This document shows, piece after piece, positions 31,259 through 41,493 of a DNA stretch of 64,000 nt. The stretch is taken from assembly GCA_049852185.1 (NCBI GenBank), contig CP187540.1. The stretch is one strand, 5' to 3'. The stretch comes from Methanocaldococcus sp. 28A (GTDB taxonomy: Archaea > AGJL01 > Methanococci > Methanococcales > Methanocaldococcaceae). Position 1 is the first letter of the stretch. Each line of letters opens with the position of its first letter. The position numbers and the translations under genes were made by a program. Below the pieces are notes generated by a model. It made no database searches and was not told the DNA's origin. It worked only from the letters and a program-made list of their open reading frames with translations.

Positions 31259-33358
31259 TTATTTGATTATTCTTGCATCACCAATGCATCCTCCTTCTTT
31301 ATCATTAAAGACAAATACTGGGTTTAAATCCATTTCTTTAATATTTTTGTGGATATCCATAAATACTCCAATCTTTATTAGAGTATCTATAATAAAATTA
31401 ATATCTTTCTTAGCTCTTCCCCTAACACCCTCTAAAACTTTATATGATTTCAATTCTTTTAACATATTGAGTGCAAAGTCTCTTGTTATTGGTGAAATTC
31501 CAAAGCTAACATCTTTTAAAACTTCAACGAACACTCCTCCTAATCCAACCATCACAACAGAGCCAAAAATATCATCCCTCTTAGCTCCTATTATAATTTC
31601 CATCTTGTCCTTTTCAATAAATTCTTCAACTAAAACTCCTTCTATAATTAAATTATCTATTCCATTTCTTTTTGCATATTCCTTAGCATTTTCAATTAAT
31701 TTTTTAAAAGCCTCTTTAGGATTTTTTGGATTTATTATAACTCCTCCTGCCTCTGTCTTATGTATTATTTGTGGTGAGACAATTTTCATTACACATTTAC
31801 CTAATTTTTTGCAATATTCTAAAGCTTCATCTTCATTTTTAGCTAAATAGCCTTTAGGAACTGGAAGACCATAGATGCTTAATAATTTTTTTGCTTTATA
31901 CTCGTTTGGATTTTGTAGTAATTTTTTAATAATATCTTTATTTTCTTCAGTAATTTTTAAGAACTCTTCTTTAACATGTTCTAAGTATTCATCATAGTCT
32001 TCTTTAACTTTCATCAAACTGTATTTGTATAAATGGGAGAGAGCTTTAATACCATTTTCTGGAGTTATATAGGCGGGAATTCCGTTCTTTCTTAAATAAC
32101 TCTTAGCCCCTTTAACTGAAACTCCTCCAATAAATGAAGCAATTAACGGTTTATTTTTAAATTCTTTATGGGAATTTTTAACATCTATAATAGATTTTGC
32201 TACTTCCAAAGGTTTTGTCATCTCTTGTGGAGTTAATATTACCAAAAGCCCCCTAACATTGCTATCTTCAGCTAAAACTTCTATAGCTTTTTTATATCTT
32301 TCAGGAGTTGCATCACCTATAATATCTAGTGGATTTGAGATGTTGGCAGTTGGTGGAAGAATATTTTTAAGTTTTTCTATTGTTGATTCATTAAAGTTAG
32401 CCAACTTCATATTATAATCTACACAACTATCAGCTGCTAAAACCCCAAATCCTCCAGCGTTTGTTATAATTCCAATTTCATTTGAGCTTATTGTTGGTTG
32501 AGTTGAGAAAATATGAATTAAATCAACTAACTCTTCAAATGTATAAGCTCTAATAATTCCAGCTTCTTTAAATGCTGCCTCATAAATAACATCTTCTCCA
32601 GCTAAAGAGCCTGTGTGGGATTTAGCAGCTTTTTTCCCAACTTCAGTTCTTCCAGATTTTAAAGCAATTATTGGCTTCTTTTTAGATAGCTTTTTAGCAA
32701 CTTTTAAGAATCTCTTATCCTTTAATCCTTCTATGTATAAAACAACTATCTCAGTATCTTTATCATCTAAAAAATATTCTAATAAATCACTTTCTTGAAT
32801 ATCAGCTTTATTTCCAATGCTAACAACCTTAGAAAAGCCAATATTTAGAAGAGGAGCTATATCTAATATGGCGTTTAAAACTGCCCCACTTTGTGAGATT
32901 ATTGAAACTTTTCCTTTTGGTGGGAATATCTTTGCAAATGTAGCGTTTAGGTTTATGTGAGTGTTCATAATCCCAAGGCAATTAGGCCCTATAATTCTTA
33001 TGCCATATTTTTTTGCTATTTCTTTAACTTTTTCTTCCAATTCATAATTTCCTACTTCTGAAAAGCCAGCAGTTATAATGACTGCTCCTTTAATTCCTTT
33101 TTCTCCACACTCCTCCAATACCTTAGGGACAACAACATTTGGAACCACTATAACTGCTAAATCTACATCCTCTTTAATATCTAAAACTGATTTATAGCAT
33201 TTTATGCCAAATATCTCATCATATTTTGGATTTACAGGAAAAATTTTTCCATTAAAGTCTTTTAAATTTTTTAAAATTGCATATCCTACTTTTCCTTCAG
33301 TTTTTGAAGCTCCTATAACAGCTATTGATTTTGGATAGAAAATATATTTTAAGCTCAT
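31259..33358 (-). CDS. ADP-forming acetate--CoA ligase (fused alpha-beta)
   Basis: IAVIGAS, IGPNCLG, SQSGA, SHTGSLAG, NPLDIIGDA, ATP-grasp HKTEAGGV, DLNPV. Confidence 0.93.
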   Translation of the reverse strand: MSLKYIFYPKSIAVIGASKTEGKVGYAILKNLKDFNGKIFPVNPKYDEIFGIKCYKSVLDIKEDVDLAVIVVPNVVVPKVLEECGEKGIKGAVIITAGFSEVGNYELEEKVKEIAKKYGIRIIGPNCLGIMNTHINLNATFAKIFPPKGKVSIISQSGAVLNAILDIAPLLNIGFSKVVSIGNKADIQESDLLEYFLDDKDTEIVVLYIEGLKDKRFLKVAKKLSKKKPIIALKSGRTEVGKKAAKSHTGSLAGEDVIYEAAFKEAGIIRAYTFEELVDLIHIFSTQPTISSNEIGIITNAGGFGVLAADSCVDYNMKLANFNESTIEKLKNILPPTANISNPLDIIGDATPERYKKAIEVLAEDSNVRGLLVILTPQEMTKPLEVAKSIIDVKNSHKEFKNKPLIASFIGGVSVKGAKSYLRKNGIPAYITPENGIKALSHLYKYSLMKVKEDYDEYLEHVKEEFLKITEENKDIIKKLLQNPNEYKAKKLLSIYGLPVPKGYLAKNEDEALEYCKKLGKCVMKIVSPQIIHKTEAGGVIINPKNPKEAFKKLIENAKEYAKRNGIDNLIIEGVLVEEFIEKDKMEIIIGAKRDDIFGSVVMVGLGGVFVEVLKDVSFGISPITRDFALNMLKELKSYKVLEGVRGRAKKDINFIIDTLIKIGVFMDIHKNIKEMDLNPVFVFNDKEGGCIGDARIIK

Positions 33359-33435
33359 AATCCCTCCCCCACATATTTTTAGAGAAAAATTTTTATATTT
33401 TTAATATCTAATTAGAGAGTATCTCTTTTAACATT

Positions 33436-33555
33436 TATATATAGAACTTTCGTATGAATAAATTTATTATATTAAATATAGACACCTAAGGGTGTCAAAG
33501 TTCCAAAATTTAATATATAAACTTTAATATATAAACTGCGAAAGTTCTATATATA
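33436..33555. repeat. Palindromic element, family B
   Basis: TATATATAGAACTTTCG...CGAAAGTTCTATATATA, central GACAC-ctaagg-GTGTC, internal 14-bp tandem duplication TTTAATATATAAAC. Confidence 0.88.
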
Positions 33556-33585
33556 CTCACCTCCCATAACGATTATGGAGGTGAG
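33556..33585 (+). promoter_or_regulatory. Hairpin pairing the Shine-Dalgarno of the downstream zinc-finger gene
   Basis: CTCACCTCCCATAA-cga-TTATGGAGGTGAG: 13-bp stem with one bulge, ending 3 nt before the ATG. Confidence 0.55.
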
Positions 33586-33588
33586 CTT

Positions 33589-33732
33589 ATGAGATTAAAA
33601 GCTATAAAAATAACAAGTAGAGATGGAGAAACATTCTTCAGATGTCCAAGATGTGGAAAAATTTTCAGATACTCAAAAGATTACACAAGACATGTAAATA
33701 AAGCTCATGGCTATCTCTTTAAAAAAGAATAA
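33589..33732 (+). CDS. Small C2H2-type zinc finger protein
   Basis: Not in ORF track: [47 protein letters not shown], strong GGAGGTGA RBS. Confidence 0.9.
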   Translation: MRLKAIKITSRDGETFFRCPRCGKIFRYSKDYTRHVNKAHGYLFKKE

Positions 33733-33734
33733 AG

Positions 33735-34043
33735 TTATTCTTTATAAATAAGATTTCCTTCTTCAGTTTCCACTATTTTTGGATGTAACTTTAAAAAAGA
33801 TTTTATTGCTGGTGGGATGTTCCATTCAACACCATGAACAAGCTTATCCCAATTTTCAACAAACCTTTTTTTCCCTAAAACTTCATCCAATTTTCCTCTA
33901 AGTTTTTCAATAACAATTCTATCCTTGGTAAAGCTTTTTATTCTATAAGCTCCTCTTTTAGTTTTTGAATAAAAAATTTTATCATCATCATAGTAATTTT
34001 TTGCTATCTCTAACAACTCTCTCCAGACCTCTTTGGGTCTCAT
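33735..34043 (-). CDS. Hypothetical protein
   Basis: 102 aa, AGGTGA RBS, typical composition. Confidence 0.75.
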   Translation of the reverse strand: MRPKEVWRELLEIAKNYYDDDKIFYSKTKRGAYRIKSFTKDRIVIEKLRGKLDEVLGKKRFVENWDKLVHGVEWNIPPAIKSFLKLHPKIVETEEGNLIYKE

Positions 34044-34083
34044 ATTTTATCACCTTATATAATTTTTAGATAATGGTGGTTAT

Positions 34084-35394
34084 ATGAATTTTTTGATTTT
34101 GAAAAGGAAAAAAGAAAGTGAAGAAAATTTAAAAGAAAAATTAAAAAGATATAGAAAAAAATTGAGAGACAGTAGAATTAAAGAAAAGCTAAAAGAAATG
34201 CCATTAAACATGAATAAATACTTAACTGATGCTTATACTGGAGGAATTATTAAAAAATATCCAGAGGATTTTATTGTTGAGGAAATTACTCCAGAAGGTA
34301 TTATTTTAGAAGTTGGAAAAAGTATAGAGTTTAAAGATGTTGAAAATTGGAAAGGAAATTACATTCATTTCACTTTAGAGAAGATAAATTGGACGACTTT
34401 AGATGCTATTAGAGAAATAGCTAATAGAGTAGGAAAGCAAAGAAAACATTTTGGATTTGCTGGAAATAAAGATAAATATGCCATAACAACTCAAAGAGTA
34501 GGATGTTTTAATGTAAAATTAGAAGATTTAATGAATGTTAAAATTAAAGGCATTATATTGAGAGACTTCCAAAAAACAAATAGAAAAATAAGGTTAGGGG
34601 ATTTATGGGGGAATAGATTTACTATAAGAGTTAGAAATCCAAAACTTAAAGGAAAAGAGTTAGAGGATATTTTAAATAAGTTATGTAAGTTGGAATATTT
34701 CTTAAATTACTATGGTGTTCAAAGATTTGGGACTACAAGACCGATAACTCATATTGTAGGTAGGTTTATTATAGAGAGGGATTGGGAAGCTGCTTTCCAT
34801 TTATATTGTGGAACTCCTCTCCCTTATGATGATGAAAAATCAAAATTGGCAAGAGAGTTGGTTGATGAAGAAAACTTTAAAGAAGCATATAAAAAATTTC
34901 CAAAGGCATTCTTTTATGAAAGAAGGATGATTAAAGCCTATATAGAAACTGGGAGCTATCAGAAGGCGTTTATGATTCTTCCACCATATTTAAGATGTAT
35001 GTTTATAAATGCCTATCAGTCATATTTATTCAATGAGATAATTAATAGAAGGTTTGAATATGGCTTTGAACCAATGGAAGGAGATATTTTGATTGATAAT
35101 ATTCCAACTGGGGCATTATTTGGTTATAAAACAAAATTTGCTTCAGGAATACAGGGAGAGATTGAAAGAGAAATTTATGAGAAAGAGGGATTAAAACCAG
35201 AATATTTTAAGATTGGTAAGTTTGGTTCATTTATTGGAGATAGAAGAAAGCTTATTGAAAAAATATACAATATGAAATATTGGATTGAAGATGATAGCTA
35301 TGTTTTACAGTTCTGTTTAAAAAAAGGAAATTATGCAACCTCCGTTTTAAGGGAGTTTATAGAAAAGAAAGATAAAAAAGATTTAAAAGAATAA
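34084..35394 (+). CDS. truD: tRNA pseudouridine(13) synthase TruD
   Basis: PEDFIVEE, FAGNKDKYAITTQ, GNRF, NYYGVQRFG, AYQSYLFN, GNYAT. Confidence 0.95.
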   Translation: MNFLILKRKKESEENLKEKLKRYRKKLRDSRIKEKLKEMPLNMNKYLTDAYTGGIIKKYPEDFIVEEITPEGIILEVGKSIEFKDVENWKGNYIHFTLEKINWTTLDAIREIANRVGKQRKHFGFAGNKDKYAITTQRVGCFNVKLEDLMNVKIKGIILRDFQKTNRKIRLGDLWGNRFTIRVRNPKLKGKELEDILNKLCKLEYFLNYYGVQRFGTTRPITHIVGRFIIERDWEAAFHLYCGTPLPYDDEKSKLARELVDEENFKEAYKKFPKAFFYERRMIKAYIETGSYQKAFMILPPYLRCMFINAYQSYLFNEIINRRFEYGFEPMEGDILIDNIPTGALFGYKTKFASGIQGEIEREIYEKEGLKPEYFKIGKFGSFIGDRRKLIEKIYNMKYWIEDDSYVLQFCLKKGNYATSVLREFIEKKDKKDLKE

Positions 35395-35436
35395 ATTTTA
35401 CCTTGTTAATTTTTATCTCCTTCCATATTTACCTTA

Positions 35437-35931
35437 TCATTTTCTAATTTTAATGAAATCTCCTAATGTGAAGCCATCTTCATCTCTACTACCGTAATAT
35501 GAACTCTCTTCCCCAACATTTTCAGTTAAAGTAATTTTTAACTCTTTCTCTAATATTTTAATTTCTCTTTCATTTGGCTCCAACTCATATCTTTCAAATT
35601 TTTGTAATGTAGAGGCTTTCATCTTAAGTTTTTTTGCAAGGTCTTCAATTGTTAAACCCCTTTTCTCTCTTGCTTCTCTAATAACATCTCCATAATCTTC
35701 TCTTAACATGGGTAAAGTATCGAATATATCTCTCTTTCTTTTTTTAACAGGTTTATTAGTAGATGATATTGAACCTTTTCCAATTATTGTAGTTTTTTTA
35801 CCAAATCTTGAATATGTTTTTGGACTTTTTCCAAATTTAGCACATTCTTTACAAACATACATTTCAGAACCTTCAATCATTACCTTATAAAGCTTATCTG
35901 TAAGCTTTCCGCACAACTCACACATTTTCAT
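35437..35931 (-). CDS. Archaeal multiprotein bridging factor aMBF1
   Basis: CELCG...VCKEC Zn ribbon, Cro-like HTH, TLGD tail. Confidence 0.92.
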   Translation of the reverse strand: MKMCELCGKLTDKLYKVMIEGSEMYVCKECAKFGKSPKTYSRFGKKTTIIGKGSISSTNKPVKKRKRDIFDTLPMLREDYGDVIREAREKRGLTIEDLAKKLKMKASTLQKFERYELEPNEREIKILEKELKITLTENVGEESSYYGSRDEDGFTLGDFIKIRK

Positions 35932-36006
35932 AATACTATCCCTCAAAAATTTAATAACATTTATATATGATAGAGTTCATTTATAATTTTATTAGATAAT
36001 TTTAGT

Positions 36007-36107
36007 TATATATAGGACTTTCGCAAGAATAAATATTTTATTGAACATAGACACAAAATGTGTCTAAATTCTAAATATATGTAAAAAGTGCGAAAGTCCT
36101 ATATATA
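36007..36107. repeat. Palindromic element, family B
   Basis: TATATATAGGACTTTCGCA...TGCGAAAGTCCTATATATA perfect 19-bp TIR, central TAGACAC-aaaat-GTGTCTA. Confidence 0.92.
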
Positions 36108-36124
36108 TTGGTTGTGGTGAAATT

Positions 36125-36295
36125 ATGGAAAAGGAAAAGTTAATAAAAAAACTTCTTCATACTTTGCACCATACAGAAGAGCATTTTGAAGCAATAATAA
36201 ACCAATTAAAAGAACTCGGCTTAGAAACTAAGGAATATGAAGAGCTATACAATAAATTAAAAGAGTTAAATGAAAATATTAAGAAAAATCTATAA
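36125..36295 (+). CDS. Small helical hypothetical protein (His-containing)
   Basis: Not in ORF track: MEKEKLIKKLLHTLHHTEEHFEAIINQLKELG..., 56 aa, GGTGA RBS. Confidence 0.8.
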   Translation: MEKEKLIKKLLHTLHHTEEHFEAIINQLKELGLETKEYEELYNKLKELNENIKKNL

Positions 36296-36311
36296 AATAA
36301 AAAGTTTATGA

Positions 36312-36657
36312 TTATCCAAGAATTATTCCTGCTATATAACCACAGATTGTTGAAAATATTACTACTAAAGCTAAATACGTTATTGCTTTAGTTTTCCCTA
36401 ATATCTTTGAGATTGTTAAAACTGTAGGAATACTTAAGCTTGGTCCTGCTAATAATAAAGCCATTGCAGGCTCAGCACCCATACCAAGTTCCATTAGAGC
36501 TTTTATAATTGGAACTTCTATTAATGTGGCAAAATACATTAAAGCTCCAATGAATGAAGCTATAAAATTAGCTTGTAAAGAGTTTCCTCCAACGTAATTG
36601 GCTATGTAGCTTGGTGGGATAATAGCTTTAATACCTCCTGCTATAACAATGCCTAAG
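36312..36657 (-). pseudogene. C-terminal remnant of a DUF318/ArsP-like permease
   Basis: Frame extends upstream as LGIVIAGGIKAIIPPSYIANYVGGNS...GALMYFATLIEVP...LLAGPSLS, but has no start or N-terminal two thirds. Confidence 0.8.
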
Positions 36658-36744
36658 GTTTTTAAATGCTTTGATATGCTTTAACTATTTCAGCTATAAA
36701 CTCTATTAGATAAAATTTATTATGGAATTTAAAAAAAGAGTTTA

Positions 36745-37119
36745 TTAAATTAGATTATGATTTTTTAGAATTTCTTTAGCTTTTAATAAAATTTTATGGT
36801 TTTTAATAAGGTTTTGCATGTAATCTTTTTCTGGAAACTCCAAAGCATCTACGGGACATAGTGTTTTGCAAGTAGTACATGCAACAACACAATTGTAAGG
36901 TCTTGCTACAACAGGTTTTTTCTTTTCTTTATCCCAGTCAAACACTACTCTATTAGCACAAGTTATAAAACAAATTCCACAACCTATACATTTATCATAA
37001 TTTATTTTGGGATACCACTCTATTTTTTTTCTATCAATGCCCCACCATGGTTTTTTGCTCCAATCTTTTATTATTCTACCTAATACATCTTTTCCTATTA
37101 CCGGAAGGTCTTCACTCAT
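36745..37119 (-). CDS. 4Fe-4S ferredoxin family protein
   Basis: CIGCGICFITC and CVVACTTCKTLCP. Confidence 0.9.
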   Translation of the reverse strand: MSEDLPVIGKDVLGRIIKDWSKKPWWGIDRKKIEWYPKINYDKCIGCGICFITCANRVVFDWDKEKKKPVVARPYNCVVACTTCKTLCPVDALEFPEKDYMQNLIKNHKILLKAKEILKNHNLI

Positions 37120-37242
37120 AAAATCACCAATATTATTATTTAGTTTATGTTTATTATTTAGTTTTAGCTTATTTGTAATACATATATTTATAGTTTTTGA
37201 TTAATTAATGTATTTTAATATTTTTAAAAAGAATTTAGATAT

Positions 37243-37932
37243 TTAAATAAATGTTATTCCCTTCAATATAGCTTCTTTATGTATGTTTAAAGCTTTCATC
37301 TTTTTACAATCCCCTCTAAAAAGTTTTATCTTTCCAGCAACGCATGGATATCTTTGAATTAACATGGCTGCTTTTTTACTGAACTCTTCAATATCACCAA
37401 CTTCCATTCCTTTCATCAACTTAGCCATGAATAGGGTTGAACCACAGATTGATGTTCTTAAAACCTCAACGTCTTCAACTTTGTTATTTTTAACATAAAC
37501 TTTAACCTTTGGACTTCCAAATTCATCTAAAAATTCTTTTAATTTTGGATATTTATTTATTAAATCCCCAACTTCTTTTTCATCTAATAAACACATCTCC
37601 TCAGGGCATATAGCGTCAAATTTACTTAATTCTTTTTTTTCTCCCTCTCCTTTCCATGTAGCAACGATTATGGCTATATTTTTATTCAATTTCCTTGCCT
37701 TATAGCAGAGATGGTATGAATTATCAGGATGTTGAGTATAGAGTAATAAGATATCAGCCTCTTTAATTTTATTTAGCAACTCCTCTGGAAACTCTATATC
37801 ATCAACTATTAAATCACTTGGTTTATCAATTTTAAAAATGTTAATAAATTTATTTTTCTTTCCAAAGGTATTGACAGTTTCTTTAATCCTATAACCATAA
37901 GCTCCATCAGTTACTACTAATATCTTTGCCAT
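37243..37932 (-). CDS. DUF166 family protein
   Basis: [27 protein letters not shown] motifs. Confidence 0.75.
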   Translation of the reverse strand: MAKILVVTDGAYGYRIKETVNTFGKKNKFINIFKIDKPSDLIVDDIEFPEELLNKIKEADILLLYTQHPDNSYHLCYKARKLNKNIAIIVATWKGEGEKKELSKFDAICPEEMCLLDEKEVGDLINKYPKLKEFLDEFGSPKVKVYVKNNKVEDVEVLRTSICGSTLFMAKLMKGMEVGDIEEFSKKAAMLIQRYPCVAGKIKLFRGDCKKMKALNIHKEAILKGITFI

Positions 37933-38167
37933 TTTCATCTCCTTTACTCTTAGAATTTCTTTTTGATAACAAATAATAAATTATCGCCCCAATTATCCCT
38001 AAAAACCAAACAACCAATATCCACAATATTTTTTCAAGAATCTCTAAGTCCTCTCTCCTTAAAATATCTATAATAGCAATTATAACTATTATAATTCTAA
38101 TTATAAACCACAAACCCATAAAGAAAAATCCAAAAATTGGAAATCCCATCATTGGCATAAACCACAT
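37907..38167 (-). CDS. PLDc_N-domain small membrane protein
   Basis: AIIDIL...[21 protein letters not shown]. Confidence 0.8.
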   Translation of the reverse strand: MWFMPMMGFPIFGFFFMGLWFIIRIIIVIIAIIDILRREDLEILEKILWILVVWFLGIIGAIIYYLLSKRNSKSKGDENGKDISSN

Positions 38168-38181
38168 AAAAATCCCCAAAA

Positions 38182-38751
38182 TTATTCAAAGATAACGTTC
38201 TTTTCAATCTCACAATTTAAAGAGTTGCTAATTAAGCATTTTTTAGAACCTTCTAAAACTAATTTCTTTAAATCTTCTTTATCTATACCTTCATTAACTT
38301 TTACATAAATGTTTATGATTATTTTCTTTATTTTTCCTTCTTCAAAGGATTTCTCAACCTTTCCATCTACCTTTATTTTAGCATCTATGTTGTTATCTTT
38401 TAATGTATTACCAACAGCTATACAGATACATCCACACAGCCCTGCTAAAAATAAATCCATTGGAGATATTTTTTCTTTTGTAGCTCCCTTTCCACCCCTT
38501 GAATGAATTTTTAGTCCCTTAATATTTAACATTACTTCAAACATATCACAAAACTCAGAGGAAATTTCCTTTTTTTCATCTTTACTAACAAATATATCAA
38601 TTACTTTTGCTATAAACTCATTTCTTTCATTTTCAGGAATTTTATCTAAAAACTTTTCCAAAGCTAAGGGCATAATTTTTGGCATCATCTTTGGAGCCAT
38701 TTCTTTGGCAATATCTGAGTTCATCATTCCAATTATCATCTCTGGGTTCAT
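38182..38751 (-). CDS. OsmC/Ohr family protein with Met-rich N-terminal extension
   Basis: [13 protein letters not shown]...CLISNSL. Confidence 0.85.
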   Translation of the reverse strand: MNPEMIIGMMNSDIAKEMAPKMMPKIMPLALEKFLDKIPENERNEFIAKVIDIFVSKDEKKEISSEFCDMFEVMLNIKGLKIHSRGGKGATKEKISPMDLFLAGLCGCICIAVGNTLKDNNIDAKIKVDGKVEKSFEEGKIKKIIINIYVKVNEGIDKEDLKKLVLEGSKKCLISNSLNCEIEKNVIFE

Positions 38752-38876
38752 GTCCTCACCATACTTTATTTATCCCCTTATGAGTAAAAATACTTTAGGT
38801 AATATTTATATCTTTCTATTAATCGATGTATTCTAATATTTTTAAAATATATTTAAGTATATTAATTAACCCAGGA

Positions 38877-39234
38877 TTAATTCAGTATCTTACGAAATAA
38901 TAAATTAGACATATACAACGGAGTATTACGCATAACCCTGATTGAATAATTGAACTCATCTAACAACTTATATATTTCAACAAGGCATCTAAGCATAAAA
39001 AGTAACAACATAACTTTTAAAGAGGTTGATTTCGTTTTAATAGATACATCTTTAAGCATTCTGAACCTTGTTTCAATATTCAATCGTTTTTTATACATTT
39101 TTATATAAGATTCTTGATTTTCAAAGTCAATATTAGTTAAGTTTGTAGTTATTTCTTCCTCTACAACAACTATAGTTTTTTGGTCAATAAAGTAATCGAA
39201 CTTCCAATTTTCTCCTTTTTCGTATTCATTCTCG
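38877..39234 (-). mobile_element. C-terminal relic of a DDE transposase (IS4 superfamily, ISH3-like)
   Basis: TTNL...YKKRLNIETRFRMLK...KTKSTSLKVMLLLF resembles the Y-x2-R-x2-IE-x2-FR-x2-K signature. Confidence 0.7.
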
Positions 39235-39329
39235 ATAGGACTTTCGCACTTTATATAATTAAATAAGGAAAAAATGATGCCAAAGGCCTCAAAGTTCATA
39301 AATATTATTTATGCCTACGAAAGTCCTAT
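39235..39329. repeat. Palindromic element, family B
   Basis: ATAGGACTTTCG...CGAAAGTCCTAT, central GATGCC-aaa-GGCCTC. Confidence 0.88.
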
Positions 39330-39373
39330 AATTTTCTCTATGTCTAAACTATTTTCGTCAATTAACTTAATCT

Positions 39374-39388
39374 CCAAAACTTTATATA
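39374..39388 (+). promoter_or_regulatory. Probable BRE/TATA promoter of the por operon
   Basis: CCAAAAC-TTTATATA about 50 bp upstream of the first ATG. Confidence 0.5.
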
Positions 39389-39437
39389 TTACCTTTGCAA
39401 TTGTTAATGATTGATAATGACAATTTAGGGTGAGTGT

Positions 39438-39974
39438 ATGATAGAAATTAGATTTCATGGAAGAGGAGGGCAAGGTGCTGTTACTGCCGCTCAAATATTA
39501 GCTAAGGCTGCTTTTTATGATGGAAAATTCTGCCAGGCATTTCCATTTTTTGGTGTCGAGAGAAGAGGAGCCCCAGTTATGGCATTTACAAGAATAGATA
39601 ACAAAAAAATCAGATTGAGAAGTCAAATTTACAACCCAGATTATGTTGTAGTTCAAGATGCTACACTACTTGAAAGTATTAATGTTGTTGAGGGGTTAAA
39701 GGAAAATGGAGCTGTTATAATTAATACAGTTAAAGATGACCTAAATTTAGGATTTAAAACATATACAATTGATGCTACAGGAATAGCTTTAGATGTTTTA
39801 GGAATTCCTATAGTAAATACTGCAATGGTCGGAGCATTTGCTGGAGCTACAAAATTAGTTACATTAGAATCAGTTAAAAAAGCTATATTAGACACATTCA
39901 AAGGAAAATTGGGAGAGAAAAATGCTAAAGCAGCTGAAGTGGCTTATAATGAGATGTTAAAAAAATATGGATAA
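39438..39974 (+). CDS. porC: Pyruvate:ferredoxin oxidoreductase gamma subunit
   Basis: [24 protein letters not shown]. Confidence 0.95.
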
Positions 39975-39992
39975 ACTATTGAGGTGGATTGA

Positions 39993-40253
39993 ATGGTTAC
40001 AATTGCAGCTATTATATATGAGGCTGGAAATTCAATTAAAAACAAAACAGGGGGATGGAGAACTTTTAGACCAATTTTAGACAATGAAAAATGTGTAAAA
40101 TGTGAAAATTGCTACATATTCTGCCCTGAAGGTGCTATTCAAGAAGATGAAAATGGAAACTTTAAAATAGACTATGATTACTGTAAAGGATGTTTAATTT
40201 GTATGAATGAATGTCCTGTAAATGCAATAACAAAGGTTAGAGAAGAGAAATAA
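39993..40253 (+). CDS. porD: Pyruvate:ferredoxin oxidoreductase delta subunit
   Basis: KTGGWRTFRP, two 4Fe-4S motifs, YDYCKGC. Confidence 0.95.
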   Translation: MVTIAAIIYEAGNSIKNKTGGWRTFRPILDNEKCVKCENCYIFCPEGAIQEDENGNFKIDYDYCKGCLICMNECPVNAITKVREEK

Positions 40254-40282
40254 ATTAAATTAAATAATTAAAGGTGGAAAAG

Positions 40283-41446
40283 ATGTGTGAAGTTAAAGTT
40301 ATTACAGGGACTTCAGCAGCAGCTGAAGCGGCTAGATTAGCTGATGTCGATGTTATAGCTGCTTATCCAATAACCCCACAAACAACATGTGTTGAGAAGT
40401 TAGCTGAGTTTGTAGCTAATGGAGAGTTGGATGCTGAATATATAAAAGTAGAGAGCGAGCACTCAGCAATGTCTGCCTGTATTGGAGCTGCTGCAACAGG
40501 AGCAAGAACATTTACAGCAACAGCCTCACAAGGTTTAGCTTTGATGCATGAAATGTTATTTATCGCTTCTGGAATGAGATTACCAATAGTTATGATGGTT
40601 GCTAACAGAGCACTATCAGCTCCTATAAATATATGGAACGACCAACAAGATTCAATAGCAGAGAGAGATACTGGATGGATTCAGATATATGTTGAAGATA
40701 ACCAAGAAACACTCGATAGCATTATTCAAGCTTACAAAATAGCTGAGAATGAAGATGTTTTATTGCCAGTTATGGTTTGTTTAGATGGATTTATATTAAC
40801 GCATACAGTAGAGCCAGTAACAATTCCAAAGTCTGAGAGAGTTAGAGAATTTTTAGGAGTTTATGAACCAAAACACGCATATTTAGACCCTGATAGGCCA
40901 ATAACTCAAGGACCTGTGGGTGTTCCGGATTGCTACATGGAAACAAGAAAACAAATAGAGGAAACTATGGAAAGAGCTAAAAAAGTAATTAAAGAAGTTA
41001 ATGAGGAGTTTGCTAAAAGATTTAAGAGAAAATATGGAAATGGCTTAGTTGAGGCATATAACTTAAATAATAATGTAGATACCGTTTTAATAGCAATGGG
41101 TTCTGTTTGTGGGACTATAAAGTATGTTATTGATGAACTTAAAAAAGAAGGAAAAGATGTAGGATTGTTGAGAATAAAAACTTATAGACCATTCCCAAAA
41201 GAAGACGTTAAGGAACTTTTAAAAGATGCAGAAAATATAGCTGTGTTAGATAAAAATATCTCATTTGGATTTAATAAGGGAGCTTTAGGAATTGAAATGG
41301 CATCAATTTTAAAGAATAAGAAGGTTTGCAACTACATTGTTGGATTGGGTGGAAGAGATATTAAGGTAGAGGATATAAAAACAATAATTAACCATGTTGA
41401 AAAGGCAGAAGATGATGAAACTGTTTGGATTGGATTAAAAGAGTAA
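40283..41446 (+). CDS. porA: Pyruvate:ferredoxin oxidoreductase alpha subunit
   Basis: AAYPITPQT, VESEHSAMSA, TATASQGL. Confidence 0.96.
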   Translation: MCEVKVITGTSAAAEAARLADVDVIAAYPITPQTTCVEKLAEFVANGELDAEYIKVESEHSAMSACIGAAATGARTFTATASQGLALMHEMLFIASGMRLPIVMMVANRALSAPINIWNDQQDSIAERDTGWIQIYVEDNQETLDSIIQAYKIAENEDVLLPVMVCLDGFILTHTVEPVTIPKSERVREFLGVYEPKHAYLDPDRPITQGPVGVPDCYMETRKQIEETMERAKKVIKEVNEEFAKRFKRKYGNGLVEAYNLNNNVDTVLIAMGSVCGTIKYVIDELKKEGKDVGLLRIKTYRPFPKEDVKELLKDAENIAVLDKNISFGFNKGALGIEMASILKNKKVCNYIVGLGGRDIKVEDIKTIINHVEKAEDDETVWIGLKE

Positions 41447-41493
41447 ATACTGCTATAATAATTTAATTTAATAATTTTTATAAGGTGATTGTA

